Shown here: positions 13,643 through 25,600 of the stretch, piece after piece
Position numbering within the stretch: the stretch's first letter is position 1
Layout of the letters: each line of letters opens with the position of its first letter
Assembly (NCBI GenBank): GCA_051362555.1
Contig: CM120649.1
Location: 7,502,001-7,566,000, forward strand
DNA from: Lingula anatina
Lineage: Eukaryota > Animalia > Brachiopoda
Length of the DNA stretch: 64,000 bases
Direction of reading: 5' to 3'
The notes under the pieces: generated by a model
What the model was told of the DNA's origin: nothing
Databases searched by the model: none
The model's input: the letters and a program-made list of their open reading frames with translations, nothing else
Made by a program: the position numbers and the translations under genes

Positions 13643-16600
13643 CTGAAACATAGAGCAGTCATTTAACAGTATATATATACAGCAGTCATTTAACATAACT
13701 TTTATGCAAAGTGACCAAGATAACTGAAACTTTGGGGAATGACCATACACATATTGAAATTTTAGTCCAGCAAATTTCTTGAAATTTGATGGATCTTTGT
13801 AGGATTTATTACATTTTTTTTTTTTTTTTGGGGGGGGGACCCTGTATATACAATAGTCATATTTACAGCAGAAGGAAGCAACAAACCTGCCCAGTCTAAT
13901 ATATCAATGGCATTTATAACATTATGTCAATCAACATAAGTGGGTAATGTATGTTTAGAATATGTACTTAATGTATCTTTCCTATTTTCCTGTTAAACAA
14001 CATTATTATTCTGGCTATTAAACTGGCAAACACAACTTTGCAAAATAGTTATACTTACAAACTCCCCAGTTCATTTAAATAAAATACAACCAAAGATCAA
14101 TTTTCTTACATCACTTTATCTCAACTCGCACAAAATATTTTTTTCGACTTTACTATTATTAAACAGGAAAGTCTGCTAGCACCCTAACTTAATTAGATAA
14201 CATGTTGCCTACCACAAACTAAAACATTTTCCCTTATTTCAACATATAATTTCTTCTATTTGAAGACTGACACTTTCACTGGGTGAAATCACATTAAGTT
14301 CTGTCCAGTGAGAAAGGTGTACGTGCCAAAGTTCTAAACCACAGGTACATCTGCTAATCTTCTTAACATGAAAATTAATCATTACATTTACAAGACCTCT
14401 TCCCTAACAAAGTGCTGCCCCAGGAAGTGGCAATTGTTTTAAGTCTAATTATCACGGAGCTTTTTTATTCTGCAAGCAAGGAATAATGCAATTCCAACTA
14501 ACACCCTGCATTAATTAATTAATTAATTAATTAACTACCACCCACTCCATAATCAATTGAATATCATTCCCCACTTACAACCCTGCATTAATTAATAAAT
14601 CAACTACCACCCACACCGTAATCAATAATCTCTAAAGTGCCATCAGCTCTGTCTTCCTAGTGCAACCTCCCTTGATTCACTTATCGTCTTTTTTCCAATT
14701 CTCAAATATGGCTGCTATGGAGGCAGGCGATTCACATATAATTGTATACTTTCCACAATCAACACGAAGGTCAACTGAGTGATATATGCCAAAAAAACCT
14801 CATCACAAGGTTCAACTAGAGGATCAGAGAGGCGATACCGCCTCCGAATATTGTACCACCAGCTGGAGCAAGCGCATTCGTATAGACCCCCACATACACA
14901 AAATAAGGGGTGCAGCCACCAGTCTTGTGCTTGACAAGCTGTAAAAATGCAATCAACAAGAATTTTCAAAATATGCAAAAAATATATATAACTAAAAATG
15001 GTGCAATCAAAGTTAAGTTCATTGTAAGGTAGGTCAAAGGTCAATTTCAAGGTCACAGTAAATTGCCAGTATATGACTTCCTATCCAACTTCAATAGTAA
15101 CTATGGACCTATCTCTGCCAGTTTTGGAGATAAAAGGGAAGCAAAATTTGCAAAGTTCAGTTCATGGTGAAAAGTAGGTCAAAGGTCAATTTCAAGGTCA
15201 CAGTAAGATTGCCAGTATATGACTTCCTATTCAACTTCAATAGTAACTATGGACCTATCTCTGCCAGTTTTGGAGATAAAAGGGAAGCAAAATTTGCAAA
15301 GTTCAGTTCATGGTGAAAAGTAGGTCAAAGGTCAATTTCAAGGTCACATTTAGATTGCCAGTATATGACTTCCTATTCAACTTCAATAGTAACTATGGAC
15401 CTATCTCTGCCAGTTTTGGAGATAAAAGGGAAGCAAAATTTGCAAAGTTCAGTTCATGGTGAAAAGAAGGTCAAAGGTCAATTTCAAGGACACAGTAAAA
15501 TTGCCAGTATATGACTTCCTATGCAAGTTCAATAGTAACTATGGACCTATCTCTGCCAGTTTTGGAGATAAAAGGGAAGCAAATTTTGCAAAGTTCAGTT
15601 CAAGGTGAAAAGTAGGTCAAAGGTCAATTTCAAGGTCACAGTAAAATTGCCAGTATATGACTTCCTATTCAAGTTCAATAGTAACTATGGACCTATCTCT
15701 GCCAGTTTTGGAGATAAAAGGGAAGCAAAATTTGCAAAGTTCAGTTCATGGTGATAAGTAGGTCAAAGGTCAATTTCAAGGTCACAGTAAGATTGCCAGT
15801 ATATGACTTCCTATTCAACTTCAATAGTAACTATGGACCTATCTCTGCCAGTTTTGGAGATAAAAGGGAAGCAAAATTTGCAAAGTTCAGTTCATGGTGA
15901 AAAGTAGGTCAAAGGTCAATTTCAAGGTCACATTTAGATTGCCAGTATATGACTTCCTATTCAACTTCAATAGTAACTATGGACCTATCTCTGCCAGTTT
16001 TGGAGATAAAAGGGAAGCAAAATTTGCAAAGTTCAGTTCATGGTGAAAAGAAGGTCAAAGGTCAATTTCAAGGTCACAGTAAAATTGCCAGTATATGACT
16101 TCCTATGCAAGTTCAATAGTAACTATGGACCTATCTCTGCCAGTTTTGGAGATAAAAGGGAAGCAAATTTTGCAAAGTTCAGTTCAAGGTGAAAAGTAGG
16201 TCAAAGGTCAATTTCAAGGTCACAGTAAAATTGCCAGTATATGACTTCCTATTCAAGTTCAATAGTAACTATGGACCTATCTCTGCCAGTTTTGGAGATA
16301 AAAGGGAAGCAAAATTTGCAAAGTTCAGTTCATGGTGATAAGTAGGTCAAAGGTCAATTTCAAGGTCACAGTAAGATTGCCAGTATATGACTTCCTATTC
16401 AACTTCAATAGTAACTATGGACCTATCTCTGCCAGTTTTGGAGATAAAAGGGAAGCAAAATTTGCAAAGTTCAGTTCATGGTGAAAAGTAGGTCAAAGGT
16501 CAATGTCAAGGTCACAGTAAGATTGCCAGTATATGACTTCCTATTCAACTTCAATAGTAACTATGGACCTATCTCTGCCAGTTTTGGAGATATAAGGGAC

Positions 16601-19600
16601 TAAATGTTATAATTTTGGAGTTACCATAATGTGCCATAAATTTCCTACAGAAAAAATTAATTAAAATAAAGAAAAGGTCATTTTGGTCAAAGTTCTTGAA
16701 ATGGGAGGTTCTCTGAAGTTGCAGAAGTTTAAATTTGATAAAATAATGTCATTTTTGACCACAAGTTGTCTGCTTTGCCAAGCATTATGTTTTATTTTTC
16801 CGGAGTTCAAAATTTATTATCCATTACCGTACTGCACATTTTTACGGAAGCCGACTGGTGCCATATGTTGAAAAAAAAAATTATCTCGAAATTTCGAGAT
16901 AGCATTTTTTTTGTTCAAATTTCAAAATACTATCTCGAAATTTCGAGATAAATTTTTTTGCTCAAATATCAAAATGCTATCTCGAAATTTCGAGATAATT
17001 TTTTTTTTTGTTCAAATTTCAAAATGCTATCTCGAAATTTCGAGATAAAAATTTTTTTTTGTTCAAATTTCAAAATAGTATCTCGAAATTTCGAGATAAT
17101 TTTTTTTTCTACATATGGCACCAGTCGGCTTCCGTACATTTTCCTTTCACCACCAATATGTACTTTCTGATACAGCGTAACTCGAAAACCGTATGGAATA
17201 CAAAAAAACCAAGACCACCTCCAGTGTTGGGCTTTACATGCTCTACAAAATGCAAAAAAGAATGGGTCTCTAGCATTAACGGTTCCCGAATTAGAGACAG
17301 TTTTCAGTTTCGGTATCTTATGGCCGCTACTCCTGTGAAAATGCACCGATTGACCCCAAATTCACGGAGATGAAAGATGACCTGAAGGGTAACACTTTCC
17401 AATAATATTATTGGTTAAGTCTGTGTGGCGTCTGAATAACAGGGCAAAAAAATTTTTTTTCGTAAAAAATTTCATTTTTTTGAAAATTTTGACCCATTTG
17501 ACCTTGAAGTAAAGGTCAAAGGTCAAATCCGAGGGTATATTTGAAATCTACACATATGACTTTTGGAAAGCCGTCTATAGAAATTTTTCCCGTAACTCCT
17601 ACTGTAGGGTAGATAATTAGCATTTAATTTTGCCATTTTTAGACAAGGGTGCATTGCAATGAGTGCCACACCCAGACCCCAATACCGACAAAGCCCAAAT
17701 TTTACGTGGAACGAGTTGAGATTATAGGTGACCTAAATCCATGAGATGGGTACGGGGGCCCTTACCGTCTAGGAGGAGAAGCGGTAACGGTAACATGGCG
17801 GCGGAGCCGGCGGAACGGACCGGACGGGACCGAAACCATGTGTTCCGCCAGCGCTAACGCTGGTGGTAAATTTTTTTGTTCAAATTTCAAAGTAGTATCT
17901 CGAAATTTCGAGATAATTTTTTTTTCTACATATGGCACCAGTGGGCTTCCGTACATTTTCCTTTCACCACCAATATGTACTTTTTGATACAGCGTAACTC
18001 GAAAACCGTATGGAATACAAAAAAACCGAGACCACCTCCAGTGTTGGGCTTTACATGCTCTACAAAATGCAAAAAAGAATGGGTCTCTAGCATTAACGGT
18101 TCCCGAATTAGAGACAGTTTTCAGTTTCGGTATCTTATGGCCGCTACTCCTGTGAAAATGCACCGATTGACCCCAAATTCACGGAGATGAAAGATGACCT
18201 GAAGGGTAACACTTTCCAATAATATTATTGGTTAAGTCTGTGTGGTGTCTGAATAACAGGGCAAAAAATTTTTTTTTCGTAAAAAATTTCATTTTTTTGA
18301 AAATTTTGGCCCATTTGACCTTGAAGTAAAGGTCAAAGGTCAAATCCGAGGGTATATTTGAAATCTACACATATGACTTTTGGAAAGCCGTCTGTAGAAA
18401 TTTTTCCCGTAACTCCTTCCGTAGGGTAGATAATTAGCATTTAATTTTGCCATTTTTGGACAAGGGTGCATTGCAATGAGTGCCACACCCAGACCCCAAT
18501 ACCGACAAAGCCCAAATTTTACGTGGAACGAGTTGAGATTATAGGTGACCTAAATCCATGAGATGGGTATGGGGGGCCTTACCGTCTAGGAGGAGAAGCG
18601 GTAACGGTAGCCGTCCGGCGGAGCCGGCGGAGCCGGCGGAACGATCCGGACGAGACCGAAACCATGTGTACCGCCAGCGCTAACGCTGGTGGTACAATAA
18701 AATAACCACTGTCAGAGCTATAATATCAACATTACCACCGCCAGACCTCTATATCAACATTACCACAGCCAGACCTCTATATCAACATTACCACTGCCAG
18801 ACCTTTATATAAACGTTACAACTGCCAGACCTCTATATCAACATTACCACTGCCAGACCTCTATATCAACATTACCACTGCCAGACCTCTATATCAACAT
18901 TACCACTGCCAGACCTCTATATCAACATTACCACTGCCAGACCTCTATATCAACATTACCACTGCCAGACCTCTATATCAACATAACCACTGCCAGACCT
19001 CTATATCAGCATTACCACTGCCAGACCTCTATATCAACATAGCCACAGAAAGACCTCTATATCAACATTACCACTGCTAGACAACTGTATCAACATTACC
19101 ACAGCCAGACCTTTATATCAACATTACCACTGCAAAACCTCTATATCAACATTACCACTGCCAGACCTCTATATCAACATTACCACTGCAAAACCTCTAT
19201 ATCAACATTACCACTATATCTTTATATCAACCACAACAAACAAATCAGAGAGTTCTTTTAGCCATTCACACATCTCCGTTCACACTACATATTATCATGA
19301 AGTAACATACATATTGTGAGAAGGTAGTCCAAGTCAGAACAAAGGCCCATTCACAATAGGGAATTACTAGTCTGATGGTCAAATATGGTGACCCATTAAA
19401 AAACTTGCCATCTAATCTGCTAATAGACACTGAAGAGATATCCCGTGGGGAAGTATTCAAGTTGGTCGGCCATATTTGACCCTCGGACCAGTTAGTCCAC
19501 TGCTCTGAATACGTCCAAAGATTTGCACTTGATGCCTTTCACATACCAAGGCAAAATGAGTCAGTGACAAATGCATGGCTCCGACTTATTCCAGATCATT

Positions 19601-22600
19601 GTGGCTAGACAATGAGACAAATTAAAGATTTAACTTCAATCTTCCCAAGGCGTGACGTCAGCCAATGGTTGTTTGAGTCATGTTGCCATGGCAACTGCTG
19701 TGTGTACTGAAAGAACCCTCCAGAGCCCTCGGCTAATGTTCTCTCTCCTCATCTGGCCACAATTTCCTGTCCTCTGTGACTCAACACATCCAGCAGACCA
19801 AAAGAACAGCAGTACCAATTACTAAGACTGTCCTGAGAAATCGAATTTCCATCATTTCACTTTGGAAATGGCCATTTTGAAGATCTATGTCTTCTGTACA
19901 TAGCACTAACCAGGCTCCTGGCGCATGAGCAGAAACATGCTTCAGTTCCCATTGGATCTTATCAGCCCAAGATGTATTCAGACCAGAAATAATTATAACC
20001 GCAAATGTCTGAGCTCACTTCTCCAGACACCAACATTTTATTGAGGTCTTAATAAAATCACACAGTGAGATGCACACTGAATCTTTTCATAGTATTCTCT
20101 GCATGTCTGCACTTTCATTCAAAGTAGTTCATAAGACCACACTTACACCCCATTTCCATAGAGTGCAATCAGCTTAACTGAATGACAGGCCTCCCCGAGC
20201 ATCTAGGGGGTAATTAACTTCATGTGTGCTCAGCTCCTCTAAGCTTTTTCACATTGTTTTAGTGTGACCAGTGTGTCCAGGTAGCTTCCAGAAACCGAGC
20301 ACACACAGAAATTAGACTGGGTTCCCATAAACCTATTGTACTAGCAGGATCGATCTTACTCTGAGGGGTTTCTCACTAAATTGCATTTAATTTAAGTGGC
20401 TTAAATGTCTATCATGCCCACTGAAGCTGCTAGGAGGTATAAACTTTCGTGCATGCTTAAGCTAAATGCAATTTAGGAAGAAATCCCTCGGAGACAGATC
20501 GAACCTGCTAGTACGATAGGGAATGGGAATGGACCCTTAGTTACAAAGTGTGTAGCAGCACAGTAAAGTGGCCTGGGCTGGGCTGGGCTGGCCTGGCCTA
20601 TGGGAAGCAGGCAGTGCAAAGTGGGTATTACGGGGGAGCATCCCCATTTCACCTGCCAATGGTCATTGTTTCTTTTGTGCTGATTTTTAAAAAAACATGA
20701 TATATGCCTTTATTTTTACTCTTGTGTCAACATTTTGTTCAAGTAATCTTTGCTATTTACCTAATTTCCTCATCTTACTTTTTAGATAATTGGGGGAGAA
20801 ACATGTTTTATCTTAATTGATACATTCATTATCTTCCTTGAGTCATCAAGTATCACAGTAGGAGAAATAGTTTTTTCTATGGATGAATGATTAATCCTAC
20901 CTTTTAGGAAATATGGGGGATAAGTGTGTGCTGTCTTTATTTACATATCCTTTAATAATCCCCCATTTTCATAACTATATATCATATTATTTTTAATCAT
21001 ATATTTTATAAATGACTAGCTTCTGAGCTTGTGAGCATTTGGCTACATAAATGCAACTTTGCAACCCCCCAACAAAGGTAGTTAATGAATGGCACCACAC
21101 CCTCAACACAGGTAGTTCATGACTGGTTCCAAACCCCAAAACATAGGTAGTTCATGACTGGTTCCAAACCCCAAAACACAGGTAGCTCATGACTGGTTCC
21201 AAACCCCAAAACACAGGCAGTTCATGGCTGGTTCCAAACCCCAAAACACAGGCAGTTCATGGCTGGTTCCAAACCCCCAAACAAAGGTAGTTCATGACTG
21301 GTTCCAAACCCCAAAACACAGGTAGTTCATGACTGGTTCCAAACCCCAAAACACAGGTAGTTCATGGTTGGCTCCAAACCCCCAAACACAGGTAGCTTAT
21401 GACTTGCACCATGAATGGCATGTCTTCCCATGTCAACTGTAGGCTAAGGATTCCAAACCACAGCAGGAAACATGAAGGTCCTTCACACATCATTATCTAA
21501 CCAGACTGTAAAGTCATGAAAACTTGTTTGTAACTTTGCAGGAAATTGCAGGAGATAACCATGGATACAGCCATGCCTGGCACCTACTTATCGTACCATT
21601 CCAAACTATCTGCTTACGTCAACTTGTTTTAAGAAAACTGTTACAATCAGGTTTCCATGTAAACTGCCCACTTTATAGCACTGATATACCAAACAAAGGA
21701 ATATGCAAACTAGGTCTGACAGTGAGAGGAATCAGAAGACATCAGTCAAGATGCTAGCACATTCAAGAATTCATTAGTCTTATCTCCTGTGTTGCCAGAA
21801 GAAAGTTAAAATTGGCTGGTGCACCTAATCACCAACATCCCCAGGGGGAGCATCATTGGGTACAGTGACAAATGACCCACTCACTGCGGGCTATAATCAT
21901 ACATTTTAAGGGAGTAATGGCAGAAAGGATGTCACAGATGACAATTCCTAAATAAAAGATGATGACATCCTCTAATCAAAAAGCCCTGGCCTTCATTACA
22001 TGCCTACAATCCAACATTTACTCAGCTTATTGCTGAACCTAAGATGTATTTTTATTCGGTGATTTCTTGTTTCCTGTCCAGTGATGTCAGAGTTGAGGCA
22101 GAACCACCTGCTTTTTATCTTTCACAGACGTCCTCCGCTTCCAGGAAAGCAATTCCAGTTGATCACATGCACTGTCACTCAGCTCTCCACTTTAATCATC
22201 CAAATAGGAATAGACTGAGGCCCTAGGCACATGGATATATAACCCATGGTTTATCCACAGTCAGGGCAACAGAAAATTCTGTGACGGCCCTGAGTGCATA
22301 GACAACTTCCAGTAATGACAGTGATATTACCAGAGGACAATGAAGTAGAAATAATTGCGGCAATTGTCTGGTAACTTTCTCTCAGGTAATGTGGGATCCC
22401 ACTCTCTCCACACACTATAAAACTGGAATATTGCACTCAGAGGACCACAAACGCAGCACTTGGAGCACACAGCGAGAACTACCGCAATCTGAAGGCACTC
22501 CAACCCCACAGACGGAACTACGGAATTCTGACGGCACTGAAACAGGACAAAACTCCAACCAAGCTGCTGTGACAGTTTTTGCACATTCTGATACATTTTG

Positions 22601-25600
22601 TTACAATTTTATATATTGTACCAAATCAGTGACAAACTTTGGATTTGATCTTTTTTTTCACATTTTGTTACAATTGAATACATTGTAACAAATCAGTGAC
22701 AAACTTGGGATTGTATTTTGTTACATTTTGTAACTGAGAAACACTCTTGTGTGTAACATACTATAACATTATTGCATACCTGAACAACTGTAGCCAACTG
22801 TGACTTACATCACCGTACAGCATGCAAAGTTCATCATCATTATACTGCACCCTGGTGCTGGGGGTTTTCCTAGGATTATTTCACCTGATACTGGCTCACC
22901 CACCCTCCTCTCCCCACAGTTTGGACTACTGGGACACAGCAGTGCCCTCACAGGACGATCAATACCAGGACAACACAGAGGCAGCTGACCCTCAACAGGA
23001 CAATGCATTGCACATTCAGGACTACACCAACGTCCAGTTAAAACTACTGAAAGTTTTGTGGGAACTCAGAAATATCATCACAGAACAGCAGAAAGAGGAA
23101 AGTGAGGGTGAGTACAGATCTGGTGTGTTGAAAACAGGGTGGGACACTAGGAAAGGGACGGGGAGAAGTGTCATACTTTTGTTGCCTTTATTCAAGGTAA
23201 AGAAAAGCAATTTTGCTCATCTTTATCCTTAAACATGAACTGTCACTGTCTTTATTACCTAAGTTTTCCTTACATAAACAAGTCTTGTGCATTGCATTCT
23301 GGGCATTTAAAATATCACTTAATTAAAAATATGCACATACAGACACAAAAAAGAAAAATATTGCAACAACGTTTTTCTCCTTGTGATCATTCTCATTATC
23401 AGATATTTTCTTGTTTTTCATTATCACACCCCTTATTCACCTAGTGTAAGATAAGATTTTGTCTTGGATTTTATCAAAAAGTAGCAGTATTTATATACAT
23501 ATTATATATATATACATATGCTTTAATACATTTATTAATCTGTTTAGTTATTTTAGCATTTATTGAACCATTTAGTTGTACGTTTCCATTCTTTCCTAAT
23601 TTTCTTTTCTTTTTTTTACTGCCTTTGTCAATATTTATTTCTTTTTTGTCCTCAAAAGGACAGTGTATAATGTTCTATGCAGATTGAATCCTTTCTCTTT
23701 TGAATAAACATTGGTTTTAAAAAATTTACTCCTGGTAAAAGTTTTTGCTAACTAACATTTAGTCAAAATGTGCATTGCTGATAGACAACATTTTACACAG
23801 ATTTGTCCAGTGGTAATTTACCACTGAGGGTAAGACTAGAGAAATGGCCCCCCCTCCCCCATCCAACAGGAGTTGATTTACTTCCTCCAACTTTGGCCAC
23901 TGACTACAACCTTGGTCATATCACAACATACTTAAGTGAAAACATTTCTGGTTCTAGCGGCAGACTCAGCGTCCCTAAAAGAATCAAAGAGGAACCGCTG
24001 GGGTGCCTTCCTAGACCTGTCAGAGGTGAAAACGTGCTGCCGTAATGGAAACAGAAACTGCTGCGCCACACTAGGAAGGCCAGTACACCATGGTAGATGT
24101 TGTTACACCCCACACGCACATCTACACCACTATCACATCTTAGTTTATGTGGTTACTAGTCGACAGCACTACTTACTTTTGTCACAACTACTTATTCTGT
24201 TATACCCCCCATACCTACATCTACACCACTATCACATCTTAGTTTAAATGGTTACTAGTCAACAGCACTTTTTACTTTTATCACAACTATTTAGTCAATA
24301 TGACAATCCTTAGAGATGGGTCGTCATCATTTATCCTGTCTTATTTATAATGTCCTTCTCTTGATCTTGAAGCTGACTCTTTGCACTCTTTAAAAGTTTA
24401 TGTGCAAGTATGCCTGAGAAATGTTAAGTTTTTGAGAATGCCTTGGTTTGCACTGTTATCTTCTATTTTCTCTATTAATGTTCATGGTGTTTTATGAATG
24501 ACATTATTTTATTATTTTTATTGCCATTTTATTTTATTATTATCAGTATATTTAATAACTTTATCAGGCGTACTGGGATTTTCATGGAATGAGCTATACA
24601 AGAACTCAATATCACAAATTCTAGGCAGACTGTAATTGTTCTCAAGCATGCTCTCAACAGTCTTATCAATGTTTTTCTTTTTCTTGAATCTTCAAAATAT
24701 GTCAGAAACTTTGTCAATAAATAATCATGTTGGTTATCAATGTTCCATGTTTAAAGGGCACTATGGCTGACTGTTGTTGTTGTCGCTATTGTTGTTGTTC
24801 TTAATGTTGTTGACATCATGTATCTTAACACCATTTTGATGTAACAAAAACATGAACATGATTGTAAGCAAGGCAGCAAAGATTGGATGTCACTTTTTTC
24901 AAGTTTTATCTGTGAATGTTTTCATTATTTTTGTTTTTTCTTCTCTCCAACAGAAGGCTGAGATAGCAACTGCATGAGGCAACAATGGTAGGTGGGCAAT
25001 AGAGCTATTCTGGTTCTTCTACAGCCCCATTGAAATACAATTCACATTTTACTTGTAATTGCATGGTTCTAGAAAACTAAAAGTTGTGTATGCTCTTATG
25101 TTGTTTATTCAAAAATCTTATCAGAAAAACTATCAGTCAAAATAACTATCAGATATCTAAGGTATAATTTGAAACTATCAGGCATTTGACATTTTTTATG
25201 CAAGACACTGACACTTGAAAAAATCTTCATCATGCAAAAATAATATAGTGCATTCATATAAATAGATTTAACCTAAGGAGCATGAATCACCAATGTGGCT
25301 AAGGCAACAGATATCTGCTCTAACCTATACAATACACCTCGATAGAACAAAACATGATACCAAAATTTCACAACTTATTAGCAAAATGTCTGCAGGTCCA
25401 TTTTCTATTTCAGCTGGGCCGTCCCCTCCTGTTACCAGTACACCAGTGCCACCTAGTGACAGCATCAAAACCATTTGCTCCTCTCAAGAGGCAGAGGCAC
25501 AAAGACTGTGTGCATTTCTTCAGCAACAAGTGAAAGTCTACTGTAAATCTCTGGACCTGTTTCATGCCGGCCTGGGACTTCAGCAGCTGGGCCTCAGTGT

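Larger units (their letters stand above)
14814..18700 (-). mobile_element. non-autonomous Helentron/HINE (DINE-1-like) element with internal satellite, copy 1
   Basis: 15-bp subterminal inverted repeats TATTGTACCACCAGC (14849) / GCTGGTGGTACAATA (18685); hairpin GAGGCG-ATAC-CGCCTC near the CTAGTT end; second hairpin paired with the other subTIR; CCGG/CGGA microsatellite-like tract; no TSD; second copy at 52297. Confidence 0.8.

Noticed and set aside
15031-16600. CRISPR-like array
   Set aside because: Units are contiguous near-identical monomers with no unique spacers, there are no cas genes, and the context is a eukaryotic intron
23958-24092. Assigning the nested peptide to the insulin/relaxin family or calling it a true conotoxin
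   Set aside because: It lacks the insulin A-chain CCxxxCx8C pattern and a B-chain; the precursor is longer than typical T-superfamily conotoxin precursors and shares only the Cys pattern
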